Positions 10,714 through 20,794 of a stretch of 64,000 nucleotides of DNA are shown one piece after another. The notes below the pieces were generated by a model. That model was not told the origin of the DNA. It did not search any database and saw only the letters and a list, made by a program, of their open reading frames with translations. The position numbers and the translations under genes were made by a program. Numbering within the stretch: position 1 is the stretch's first letter; each line of letters starts with the position of its first letter. Location of the stretch: the NCBI GenBank assembly GCA_035344255.1, contig DAORAP010000014.1:2105-66104 (forward strand), read 5' to 3'. This DNA comes from Nitrospirales bacterium (GTDB lineage Bacteria; Nitrospirota; Nitrospiria; Nitrospirales; UBA8639).

Positions 10714-12446
10714 TAGGTAGAGTTTTCCCTCATTGGGTAGTGATAGAGACCTGGGGCCGCCACCCCTTAATGCTTAGTGGGGTCTGAGTTCATTGTAAGT
10801 CCTTAACCAACGGGACGTGATCTCCCGCACTTCGTCTAAACTGCGAAACAGATAGAGATTGAGCACTTCATCCCGATACGTGCAATTAAACCGCTCGATA
10901 AAGGCATTCTGCGTCGGGCGATATGGTTGTATGTGGTCAATCAACACCCGACTGGCCTTTCCCAAGCCTTGAAGGCTCTGAGCGATACACTCTGGGCCGT
11001 TATCCATCCGGATCATGTGCGGAAGTTCGCGTTCAGCCTTTAATCGGTCAAGCACACGGATAATCCGTTCTGCCCGAAGAGACGTATCAATCTCAATCAC
11101 AAACGCTTCCCGATTAAAGTCATCGATCAGATTGAACGTCCCAAACCAGCTGCCATGAGACAAGTCATCGCTCATGAAGTCCGCTGACCAGACTTCATGG
11201 GGCCCCTCCGATACAAATACCGGGAGAGAAGGTCCTGTGGGTACCCAGCGTTTGGTCAGGCGTGGCTGATTGAGTCCCAATTGCCGATAGATCCGATGAA
11301 TGCGGTGGTGATTCAAGGGATGGACTAAGGCGTGGAGTCAGTCGATCTATTTTCATAACCCCCAGTGCGGATGCGCCTCCACCAACTGATTCAGGGCGTC
11401 AATAATTTCCTCCTCCCGGGTTTGCTAATCAAGAGGTGTTTGATAATAGGAGGAGCGAGACAGACCCGCCGCCTGACAACTGCGGACCACCGGGAGGCCA
11501 TGAGCCTCTTGCATCGTCGTGACCGCCGCCCCTTTGTCGGACCAGGTTAGAGCTTTTTTCGAGCAAATCCTTTCAAGCTCGATTCTCTAGGGCCAGGTCC
11601 GCATAAATCCGTTTGAGTTTCGCGAGGTCGCTCTCGGTTTCCTTGAGCCGCTTAAGACCCGACATCTCCAGGCCGCCGTACTTCGCTTTCCAGTTGTAGA
11701 TGGTGGCATCGCTGATGCCATGTTCCCGACACAGGTCTTTGACTTTGACTCCAGCCTCGGCTTGTTTCAAGATGGCGAAAATTTGCGTTTAGCTGAATCG
11801 ACTCGTTTTCATGAGAACCTCCTGGGTGAAGTGGGCCAGAAAGCTCTACTTTTCGCCTTTACATATTTTGGGAAAGCTTACAGGGGCAAGTTACGGTGTT
11901 TGCACCCATGGATCACTTCACCAGCGAATGCCTGGGAGTCCGTGCCGCTCAATATGGTTCTCAAGACGAGGCCCCCGAACCCATTTCTTTAGGCGTTCAA
12001 ACGTGTGTATGGCGAGTGTGCAGGGGATGTGGGGCTAGCTTGTTCCTGTGGCATAACCATAGCAGTCAATTTGTCAGTCACGATTTTCGGGCGGAAGTAA
12101 CTTTCCTGGGGATCGAAGAATCCTCATCGAATTTCGTGAGAAGCTCGGAAGGCAATGGGGTCCACTGCTTCTTTCGAACATTGAAGGAGCAATTACTCTA
12201 GGTCAGAAACTTTGAGGATGAAGAAGCACTCCGACAGGCGATTTATGAATTCAGAGACCGCTACCATGCGCACTAGACACTAGATGATGCAAAGCCTAGG
12301 AATCGCACCCCACAACAAGTGGGACGATAAATGGATTAGGATCTTCCTATATTTAGTATCCGATCAATTGCGGACTACACCACCGCCTCTAAGGCTCAAT
12401 ACCATCCTAAACCAAGTGCGATTTCAACTACAAAATTGAATTTGGC

Positions 12447-12480
12447 CAGGGAACGGCTAGGATATTTTTGCCGTTCCCTG
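12447..12480 (-). terminator. Perfect 11-bp stem-loop about 50 bp downstream of beta-helix paralog 2
   Basis: CAGGGAACGGC-N12-GCCGTTCCCTG. The U-tract is weak, so it could be an mRNA-stabilising stem rather than a terminator. Confidence 0.5.
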
Positions 12481-12530
12481 AGGTTGCCCTATAAATAAAC
12501 AATTTCTCGCACCGGAGGAAAGAGCTAAGT

Positions 12531-13832
12531 TTATCTGTATTGATAGGCGCCAATATCGAAGCCATAGGCGCCAATAAGGCCGGTAGCCGGAGTTCTTGTA
12601 ACTCCGTCAAAATCGGTTTTCACTTCATCGAGCACAAGCCCCTTGCCTCTCGCAGAACTTTCCGCTGTCAAATGGAAATCTTGATTCTGCGCATTTTGAA
12701 ATTTTGGATGGTAGGATTTTCCGATAAGATTTCCTCTAAGAACCGCAGTAGGCTCCCAGTTTCGCGCAAACATAGCTTGATTAGGCCCACTTCCAACCAT
12801 GAGGTTATTTTCAATAACGGATTTGCTGCTTCCCTTATATACCCAGAGCACGTTTTCAGAACTGTTATGGACAAGAATATTATTCCTGGCAGTCACATTC
12901 CATGAACTCGGCCCCAGCATCAATTCCCCTACCGGATTGTTATAGGTCGTATTGTGAGAGATCGTCACATTGTAGGCACCCAAATTAACCTGAATTCCCC
13001 ATCGATTCCAACCCGTATACCCTGTTGAGGCCCCCGTTCCGTTCCCATACGAAAGATTGTTTATAAATTTCACGCCCGTACTTTGCGCGATAATAATTCC
13101 TGACATTCCATTCGCATAGAGGCGATTCCCAAAATAGCTATTGTTATTGGGTTTAAAATCACTATGCGCCGAGTAATTATGAATGCCATAGTATCTGTTA
13201 TGATGCACGTCACATCCCGTCATCAGATTATTTTGACTCGCCATATAAATCCCATACGAACCGTGGTGTAAATCCAAATTGATAAACTCATTATCAGTCG
13301 CATTGGAGGTATAAATGAGATTGTGATGGGTATACCTCATTTCGGTATTTATTATGCGGATATGATGGTTATTGGCGGAGAAACGGAATGCCATCCTCCC
13401 ACCCATGCCTTTTTCCTGACCTCGGCCATCTAAAATCAATCCATCAAAGATTACCCATGAAACCCTATTAGGGAGTAAAATCACATCGGTGCCATTCTGT
13501 GCAGGGTTCTGCGGTGTGAGAATCACTTGTTCATTGTTATACGCTTTGATGGTGGTGGCTGTCTCCCACGACCCGCCTCCACTCGGCACCATCAGGAACC
13601 AGGCGTTGCGTCGATAGTTCCCTCCGCGAATCAGGAGCCGATCACCTGATGCCAGGGCTTGCACGCCCCTTTCAAGAGTTCTAAAGGGTTGTTGTATTGT
13701 CCCACGATTCCCATCATTGCCATTGGTCGCAACAAAATAATCAGCCGCCAAGGCCAGTTGAGAACTCATGCTGATAGCTACCACACAAACGAGACAAATC
13801 TTAATCACCCATCGATAGTTGGAAAACCTCAT
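12531..13832 (-). CDS. Secreted right-handed parallel beta-helix (pectin lyase-like) protein, paralog 2
   Basis: Likely start MRFSNY at 13832 after a GAGGAGG RBS (ORF track gives 13892). Signal peptide ending ALA-ADYFVATNGNDGNRGT; same architecture as 5274-6644, ending DFHLTAESSARGKG..FDIGAYQYR. Confidence 0.82.
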   Translation of the reverse strand: MRFSNYRWVIKICLVCVVAISMSSQLALAADYFVATNGNDGNRGTIQQPFRTLERGVQALASGDRLLIRGGNYRRNAWFLMVPSGGGSWETATTIKAYNNEQVILTPQNPAQNGTDVILLPNRVSWVIFDGLILDGRGQEKGMGGRMAFRFSANNHHIRIINTEMRYTHHNLIYTSNATDNEFINLDLHHGSYGIYMASQNNLMTGCDVHHNRYYGIHNYSAHSDFKPNNNSYFGNRLYANGMSGIIIAQSTGVKFINNLSYGNGTGASTGYTGWNRWGIQVNLGAYNVTISHNTTYNNPVGELMLGPSSWNVTARNNILVHNSSENVLWVYKGSSKSVIENNLMVGSGPNQAMFARNWEPTAVLRGNLIGKSYHPKFQNAQNQDFHLTAESSARGKGLVLDEVKTDFDGVTRTPATGLIGAYGFDIGAYQYR

Positions 13833-14320
13833 ACCAAAACCCTCCTCGATTAATAGAGGACCGATTAATTTGCCATTTGTGGGGGTCGACAAAAAAACTG
13901 GCCAAAGATTGAAATTTACTCACACAACCGAAGTCAGGATTTAGCAACATTTGTTCCAAAACCAAAAAACCACCACAACAAAATTCCCACACCCCTTAAA
14001 CAGTAGACAAAATGTCCATTTCTTGAGGACGTATTGTCCAGTAGCCAATCAAGAAATGAAGGGTATTCCCTACACCTGAAGGGATAACCTGAAGGCCATG
14101 GGGGCTTTTTTGGAGAACCCATTGAATTTTGGATTAAGAAAATATAAAGGGTTTAGGCTAACTGGAGGGGGACGAACAAGAAAAATTTGATTTGGAATAA
14201 CAGCGATTGTGGGATTTTGCAGAATAGGCAAAAACTGGATGGTTGGAAAAATCAGGCTACCAAGAACGATTTTTGAGCAATTGATCTATAGGTGGACACG
14301 CCAGAATGGGAACAAGAAAG

Positions 14321-15556
14321 CGTAGTGCTTCCCTGAATCAAGCCATCTGTAAGCCTTGTTCCTGACGAAATTGACGAGGGCTCCGGTATTGGAACGCTTG
14401 ATGAGGGCGCTCCTCTTTGTACAAGCGCATCCATGTATGAATTCCTTGTCGGGCTTCCTCGAAGCTGCCAAATCGAGATTGCCAGATGCACTCCTCTTTG
14501 AGCCTCCGAAAGAACCGTTCAATTAACCCATTCTGTTGCCGCGTGTACGGGGTAATAAATTCCTGCGCTAACCGATAGGCGCGACAAGTTTGTCGAAAGC
14601 GGCGGCTCTAAAAAACTAACCCGTTGGCACTTCGAAGGACCGGGTGGAACCCATGGGACGAAGGGTGCCGAAGCGAGCGAGACAGGCAGATTCGTTCGCC
14701 CGTTCCGCCTCCTGAGCCCGTCCCCGCAACGCGAACTCATAGCCAATAATTTCGCGATCATGACAATCAATGACGGCCGTCAGATGCCCCCAGCCGTCCT
14801 CCCCCCAGAGGATATGAGTTATCTCCATGGCCCAGCGATGATTACTTTTCGTCGTTCGAGTTCGACGAGATTGCACACGCGGGCGTGGGGTCACGGAACG
14901 TTGGTGCACCAACCAACGCTTCAGACGTAAGGCCCGATACACCGCTTTACGATTATGGATGTGCTCATGACGAAATCATAAAAGCGCCCACAGACGGCGA
15001 TACCCATAGGTCGGATATGCTTGAATCAGCGGCTCGAGCTTCGCCACGAGTGCCTCCGCGAGCGTCGCACAAGCCCGCTTGCCTTTGTCCGGCCGATGCA
15101 GCGCCGATCGGCTCCCCTGGAGAAGACGACAGACGGTTCGTTCAGAGATGTCCGGCCTCACGGCTCTCATGCGTCGGACATCTCCCGTGTTAAAGGGTAC
15201 GGTTTGATGGCCTCTCGTCATCAATCTCTACCACGAGTTCTCCAATCTTTTGACGGAGTTTTTTGATCTATTCTGCTTTCAAGGCTTCCTCATCTTTGGG
15301 ACGCCGCCGCAAGCCATTCTCTGCCACCCGAAGATACTGATCTTGCCAACTCTCCACGTCGGCTACTCGCAGGTCGTGTTGCCGAGTCGCTTCAGCGACC
15401 GACGTCTCCCCTTTGAGAACCCGCAAGATCAAAGCGGCCCGTCATTTGGCGGTCCAGCGTTCAATGGGGTCTTTGCAGGTGGGCTCATCAGGCTTCCTCC
15501 CTTTAAGTTGTGGGGTATGTCTTAAGGGTGGTCTCACTTTCAAGGGGGGCAGTATA
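14321..15556 (-). mobile_element. Degenerate IS3-family element, copy A
   Basis: IRs (C/T)GTAGTGCTTCCC / GGGGCAGTATA. orfA IERWTAK*RAALILRVLKGETS has in-frame TGA and TAG; orfB RWAMEITHILWGEDGWGHLTAVIDCHDRE is frameshifted. Near-identical to 22336-23571; no TSD. Confidence 0.88.
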
Positions 15557-15895
15557 GGTCACTGGAGGATAGGGAGGCCATATATCTGTGGCCGGCTGAC
15601 CACCTTTCTATCGTTTTGCACAGCCGCACCGGCAGCATCTGCGCATGACGAATTTAGTGGAGTCACCCTTTGCCGCCGTCCGACTCCGCACCGATGCGGG
15701 CAAGCGATTTAAGAAGGTGCCGAATGCGACCGCGGTGATTTGGAAATGCTCATGGTGGCGGCACAGACCTTCCGTCGCGTCAAACATCCGGAGCTGATGG
15801 TCGAGGTGTATCGCGGGAAGAAATTTAAAGATGGGAAACAACAAAAAACCGAGGCCGCCGCATCACTCTGTTTCCACACGATTTAACGAAACCTC
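15557..15895 (+). mobile_element. 3' fragment of an IS256-family element
   Basis: Plus-strand HLRMTNLVESPFAAVRLRTDAGKRFKKVPNATAVIWK..FRRVKHPELM, followed by an IS256-type end CCACACGATTTAACGAAACCTC. Cut off at the end of IS3 copy A. Confidence 0.75.
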
Positions 15896-15943
15896 CAGAT
15901 ATGATTTTACAAATCTAAGACCTTCCGAATTTTCCTTTCCTAT

Positions 15944-16936
15944 TTATTTTATGGCCTGGATAAAAGCGCCACTAGTAAGCAAATCTTCCTTATCAAGGCT
16001 CCTAAAACGAATCGCTAAATCCTCTTTCCTAACTTCTGACTTTGAATAAACGATCTCATCGCACAATATTTTAAAACCCACTTCTTTGATTAGCCTAATA
16101 TGAGTGGAGTGTGGCTCTCGATTAAGCAGATATGTCCTCCGACCTTTGATTAACTTCCAGATGAAATCTGAATACGTCCAGTGCCCATTCCATTCGACCG
16201 CCGTCCCATGACATTTGAAATCAATCACATGGGATATAAAGCCTTCAGGTTTTAGCCAAGAATGCATTGCCTGATATGTATGGGGAAGATTATCAACATG
16301 CTCCAAAACGGCTTGGGAATAAATCATATCTACAGAGTCGGCTCCTAGAATATAAGAGTCAAACCATGGCACGATATAACGGATAGAAGAGTCCCTCAAA
16401 TGAATGTTTAATATTGAGTTTCTTATACGGTTTAGCCGAGAAGGCTCCAGAGCGGCATTTAACCTTTCCTTTGTTAATATTTGGCGCGGAAAATGGTATG
16501 CTTTTAATTTTGGTTGGACCCGAGGGAATTCATCTTCATTAGGAATTGCTTCCCGTCGCTTAAAGAGTGCAACTAAGTCATCAAAAATCTGAATATTCCT
16601 TTTTGCGGCAGCAAATTCCACGACATCAAACGCGAAATATTTTTCGGCACCTGCAATTAAGGCTGCCAATCCTATACCAATAGAATCGCCAGGGCCTAAT
16701 TCCGCAACAACTTTAGGGGTAGTGGGTAATCCATTATTATGAGCCATAACAAGCTGACGCAACCAAACGGAATAACAGTATCTCGCTGAGTCAGTGCCGC
16801 CAGTCCTTCTTAGTTTTCCGAGAACATGATTAAATCCAGGAATAAAGGTGGCCATTCCCACCATCAACCGTTCTGCTTTACGCCACTTTTGGGCCTGGAA
16901 ACTCTTCATACGAGATAACCTCTTAGAATTGTTCAA
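15944..16936 (-). CDS. Class I SAM-dependent methyltransferase
   Basis: VAELGPGDSIGIG motif I, AFDVV, DMIYSQAVLEHV and LKPEGFISH. The true start may be downstream of 16936. Confidence 0.8.
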   Translation of the reverse strand: MNNSKRLSRMKSFQAQKWRKAERLMVGMATFIPGFNHVLGKLRRTGGTDSARYCYSVWLRQLVMAHNNGLPTTPKVVAELGPGDSIGIGLAALIAGAEKYFAFDVVEFAAAKRNIQIFDDLVALFKRREAIPNEDEFPRVQPKLKAYHFPRQILTKERLNAALEPSRLNRIRNSILNIHLRDSSIRYIVPWFDSYILGADSVDMIYSQAVLEHVDNLPHTYQAMHSWLKPEGFISHVIDFKCHGTAVEWNGHWTYSDFIWKLIKGRRTYLLNREPHSTHIRLIKEVGFKILCDEIVYSKSEVRKEDLAIRFRSLDKEDLLTSGAFIQAIK

Positions 16937-17014
16937 TTTTCATGTCGTGAAAGATCAAGGCAAGGAAAAATTTACGCGAACTTGGCAACATCTACGATTC
17001 CTACAGTATCCCAC

Positions 17015-18022
17015 CTAGGACCGATAGAGCCCCCGCAGTGCGTGCAAGGGTCCATCCAATTCCGCCTCTAAAATTACTCCTGGGGCATTGGGAAGTCCGA
17101 CCCTTGATAAAGAGAACTGGTCGTTTACTTCGAGTGAATTGAGTCGCACGCTATGACGAGATTGGATAACACATCGAAATCCTACCGAAATGGCCATTTT
17201 CACCAGGTCAGAGGTATATGACCCACCAGGGAACACAAAAGGGGGACATGAAATTCCTAGCCGATTTTCAATGTCGTGAAGAGAGGCCTCCATCTCCCTT
17301 CGAGCTTCCTCTGGAGATTGCAGGGCCATTAACGGGTGCGACAAGGTATGTGCCCCAAACTCGATCCCTCCTCTTCGCATCGTTTCGACCTGATCCCAAG
17401 TCAACATACGGTTCAGCGGGACTTCCACCTGAAGTAATTGGCACAACTCCTCAATACTCCTCTCGCGCTCAAGGCGCGGCATAGGGCCAAGAACATTCCT
17501 AACAATCATTCTGGCCATGTCCCGTTCCTTGGGTAACCTCAGCTTCACAGGCTTTTCATTGGTCGTCACATGGCAAAGAGTTTCAACCTTCGTTTTTTGA
17601 AACAGGTAACCCACCTTTTGAGGCCAAGGCAAGTGGCCACTTGACACACAACCAGTCACCAGAAACACTGTCGCCGGAACATGATACCGTTGAAGAATAG
17701 GATATGCGTTGGTGAAATTATCGCGGAACCCATCATCAAATGTAATGACAACTGATTTAGGTGGAATCGGTTGCTGTTGTTCGTAGCAATCAAGGAGTTT
17801 GCTCAGGGAAAGAAAGTGATAGTGCCGACTAAGGTAGTCAAGTTGCTCACTCAGCCAGGATGGCCGTAACCCCTGAAGACATCCTTCATCATTGTCCTCA
17901 ACCCGGTGGCCATAGAGGATTAAGGCACCATTTTTCGGACAAACCCTTCGCCCCAACGCGGCCACTCCTGAACTCACGATGGCCCTACTCAAGCCCATGC
18001 GAATCACCTCTTTGAGCCTCAT
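17015..18022 (-). CDS. Polysaccharide deacetylase (CE4/NodB homology)
   Basis: LYGHRV, VVITFDDGFRDNFTNAYPIL, ATVFLVTG, EFGAHTLSHP and FVFPGG. ATGA overlap with the upstream gene. Confidence 0.9.
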   Translation of the reverse strand: MRLKEVIRMGLSRAIVSSGVAALGRRVCPKNGALILYGHRVEDNDEGCLQGLRPSWLSEQLDYLSRHYHFLSLSKLLDCYEQQQPIPPKSVVITFDDGFRDNFTNAYPILQRYHVPATVFLVTGCVSSGHLPWPQKVGYLFQKTKVETLCHVTTNEKPVKLRLPKERDMARMIVRNVLGPMPRLERERSIEELCQLLQVEVPLNRMLTWDQVETMRRGGIEFGAHTLSHPLMALQSPEEARREMEASLHDIENRLGISCPPFVFPGGSYTSDLVKMAISVGFRCVIQSRHSVRLNSLEVNDQFSLSRVGLPNAPGVILEAELDGPLHALRGLYRS

Positions 18023-19158
18023 AACAGGCCCTCACCTGATTGTGGCCCACATCGACCAGCAAGCAAGTAACGAATTCTCTCATTCGCGCACGCATTTCGG
18101 GCAAAATCTCCTTCCTCGAAAATCCAACCATAACTCCCAGTGTTCCGGACAAATCTTCCCGGCACACCGTCTTTTCGCATCTGATCCACCGAATGGCTGG
18201 CTCCAAATACCGCTTGCAATTCATTCACAAGCAGCCGACCATCCCTAGTTTCAAACACATCAACATCCATACTTCGAAACCCTCCTGTCTCGGTCACCTC
18301 AAAAAGAAACTCCAGGTGCCGTTCTTCCGGAACATCCCATTCAACCAATCCGGAACCGCTGTGAAATCCGTCAATGCTACCTTTGACATGACCAAAAAAG
18401 GAGTCTCCAATCCTAACCAGTCTCCATTCCTTCACCACAGGAACGTATTCCTGTAGGAGCACATTCCCCCATTGCCGGTCCCGGCGATCGAGTCCATTGG
18501 GCTGAAAACCTTTTCGAAACACATTCCGGATAAATCGTCGAAGCTTCTTCCGGTTACGGAACAATCTTACTCCAGAAGCCTCAGCTCCAAAACTTGCTTT
18601 AAACACCACTGGAAGATCGCACGATGCGACAAATTGCTGGCATTCATTCAGATCATAGAAAACCCATGTTCGCGGGTGCGGAATTCCATTTGCCGCAAGC
18701 CAATAGGCCAAGCGTCGCTTATCCTCGTAGAACCACAATTCACGCGTGGTGGGAAAGACAGTGATTCCAATATCGCGCTCGAGAATTTCGATCCGATCCT
18801 TGATCATCGAGTTCCAAATTGTCAAATACGCGTCGCCCCATACGAGGAGAACTTCACATCTGGATCGCCGCACTTGGTCCAGCCAATTTGATTTCGAAAG
18901 ATCAATTATCCTAAATGGCACTCCCATTTCCAGACAAGCGGCAACATACTTTCTATGGTCTTGCATCGCATTCTTCACGATCCCGAAAGGAAATGGGATA
19001 CCATAATTATTGATATCGCTTGAAAGTACCGCAGGATGAGGGGATATGTCAGCGTTCCAACGCAACTTGACGGACGTTAACGAAACATGTCTCTGAATCC
19101 AATATCGTATGTTCTTGGGAATCCAAGCCCGGGCTACCCTTATCCATTGACTATTCAA
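18019..19158 (-). CDS. ATP-grasp fold ligase (RimK-like)
   Basis: DKRRLAYWLAANGIPHPRTW, PVVFKASFGAEASGVRL, LLQEYVP and DVDVFETRDGRLLVNELQ. TTG start overlaps the upstream stop. Confidence 0.8.
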   Translation of the reverse strand: MNSQWIRVARAWIPKNIRYWIQRHVSLTSVKLRWNADISPHPAVLSSDINNYGIPFPFGIVKNAMQDHRKYVAACLEMGVPFRIIDLSKSNWLDQVRRSRCEVLLVWGDAYLTIWNSMIKDRIEILERDIGITVFPTTRELWFYEDKRRLAYWLAANGIPHPRTWVFYDLNECQQFVASCDLPVVFKASFGAEASGVRLFRNRKKLRRFIRNVFRKGFQPNGLDRRDRQWGNVLLQEYVPVVKEWRLVRIGDSFFGHVKGSIDGFHSGSGLVEWDVPEERHLEFLFEVTETGGFRSMDVDVFETRDGRLLVNELQAVFGASHSVDQMRKDGVPGRFVRNTGSYGWIFEEGDFARNACANERIRYLLAGRCGPQSGEGLL

Positions 19159-20330
19159 AGCTCATCCCCTCTCCCATTTTTCCGAGCTTCAACAATATTT
19201 TGATATTGTTCTTCGTATTCGGCGACGAACCGCTGAAGACCGAACCAATCACAAGCCAGTTGCCGAGATCGACAGCCCATTATGTTCCGATCTGAAATTT
19301 TAAACTCGAGCATGTCCTTCATCGCACGCGCAATATCCTTAGGATCAAAGGCATTGCAGATTATTCCATTATTCCCCGCTTCAACGATGAGCGGGAGATC
19401 GGAAATACGACTCACAACGATGGGTAGACCACATGCCATTCCCTCGACCACAGCGTTCGGAATTCCCTCCTGCACTGAAACGTGAACAAGAGCATCGGCT
19501 TTCCGATATTCATCTACGACCGACTGCGAAAGGCCTTTAAACAGTATCAGGTCCTGCAAACCGTATTCGTCAACCAATTGACGCGCTTGCAAATAAGCCT
19601 TGATCGGTTCCCCATTGCCATGACCACGATACCTTCCCACCCAGGTGAATACAAAGGGGCGATCCGTCTGCCGACGCAAAATTTGCAATGCCTGGACAAC
19701 GCGAACTGGATTTTTCACCTCCGATACCGTACCCACGCATAAGAAGCGGAATACTTCTCCCGGGGATTTTGGAGTTGGACAAAAACGTGTGTCCTCGACC
19801 CCGTTGCGTATGACCACAAGTTTATCCTTAAGCATTGGAGCTAGCCGGCCAAGACTGTTTCGATTCATCACTGTCTGTGTCACCACACAGTCCGCAAGAT
19901 GAAAAAAAACGAGTGCCCCCCACAGTGAAAGCGCAAATGGTCTATATGTTGCCGTAGAAAAGTCACTCGCTACTACGCGGAAGCGGCGCCGTGGTAAATT
20001 TGCCAACACCGCAAGACTTGAGGCCCGCTTCATGAATCCATGCAGAATTTGCGGCTGGAAGTTTTCCACCCACTGCTTAACCCCCAGGATTTTGTGCAGT
20101 TTGCTCCTACCGACCATTCGGTGAAGTATCACTCCATGATCCCGGACATATTGATCATAGGCACCCTCACCCTTTACGTTATAACAAAAAATTTCCACAG
20201 CATGCCCTCGGGCTACCATTCCCGTCGCCAATTCCGATAGTTGTCGTTCGGAGCCTCCAACATTAAGGTTATCGATCAGGTAGCCCACCCGAAGGGTATT
20301 TTTCGGAACCCCATCTAGTCGATTTACCAT
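19155..20330 (-). CDS. Glycosyltransferase family 4
   Basis: LNVGGSERQL, VIRNGV, VGTVSEVKNP and EGIPNAVVEGMACGLPIVVS. Confidence 0.9.
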   Translation of the reverse strand: MVNRLDGVPKNTLRVGYLIDNLNVGGSERQLSELATGMVARGHAVEIFCYNVKGEGAYDQYVRDHGVILHRMVGRSKLHKILGVKQWVENFQPQILHGFMKRASSLAVLANLPRRRFRVVASDFSTATYRPFALSLWGALVFFHLADCVVTQTVMNRNSLGRLAPMLKDKLVVIRNGVEDTRFCPTPKSPGEVFRFLCVGTVSEVKNPVRVVQALQILRRQTDRPFVFTWVGRYRGHGNGEPIKAYLQARQLVDEYGLQDLILFKGLSQSVVDEYRKADALVHVSVQEGIPNAVVEGMACGLPIVVSRISDLPLIVEAGNNGIICNAFDPKDIARAMKDMLEFKISDRNIMGCRSRQLACDWFGLQRFVAEYEEQYQNIVEARKNGRGDEL

Positions 20331-20433
20331 AATTTTCTCATTTTCATTTTTCGAATTTCCTTATTTTATTTGGTTTTGTCTTTTAGCCCCGTAGAAAAAA
20401 CCATGTTTTTTTAGGATTGCCAGAAAAGATTAG

Positions 20434-20794
20434 TTATTTATTCTCTTTCCTAAGAAACGCATTAAAATACCGGTGGATGGTTTGAAGCGATGGCGCAATT
20501 AAACCGCCATCCTCCTTTATTAAGGAAAAATTTATGCCGCTGTGGTGCTTGGCTTGCTCCCAGTACTTTCGATCCCTTAAATAGGCATTTGGCCTTTCAC
20601 AGTACTCCAAGAATGTTTGAACAAAAATTGTATAACGAGGTCGCATCCAACACATTGTAGCTGGGCAAGGCATCCCAACAGACAATGCCAACAGGCACAA
20701 TTCTCACGTCCATGATTGGCAAAAAGATCATCCGCTTTGCATCCGATTTGGTTTGCTTATAGACTAGCCCGCCTCGTTGCAGAATGCCAAAGAT
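20434..20794 (-). pseudogene. Probable IS1595-family transposase relic
   Basis: Manual translation IFGILQRGGLVYKQTKSDAKRMIFLPIMDVRIVPVGIVCWDALPSYNVLD, then KYWEQAKHH in another frame. This resembles the remembered IS1595 pattern VFGxLxRxGxVY..DA..LxPII..DS.VY.D..SY..LD and NFWNQAKRH. Confidence 0.5.

Larger units (their letters stand above)
8872..11882 (-). mobile_element. IS3-family IS407-group element (degenerate), carrying an internal insertion
   Basis: IRs TGTAAGCTTCCC / GGGAAAGCTTACA, with a 4-bp TSD GGGG (8868-8871, 11883-11886). orfA KQAEAGVKVKDLCREHGISDATIYNWKAKYGG has in-frame stops; orfB WSADFMSD, MDNGPE, QNAFIERFN. Confidence 0.9.
8205..12379 (+). mobile_element. Old degenerate IS3-like element, interrupted at 8872-11886 (outer shell of a triple nest)
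   Basis: Left part has orfA-like KALEAENASLKAK and ...GTDATATWKPKQG. Right part resumes QVTVFAPMDHFTSECLG...HSSQFVSHDFRAEVTFLGIE...FFRTLKEQLL. The reading frame rejoins across the GGGG duplication. Ends are approximate (weak IR around AATTGAT). Confidence 0.75.
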
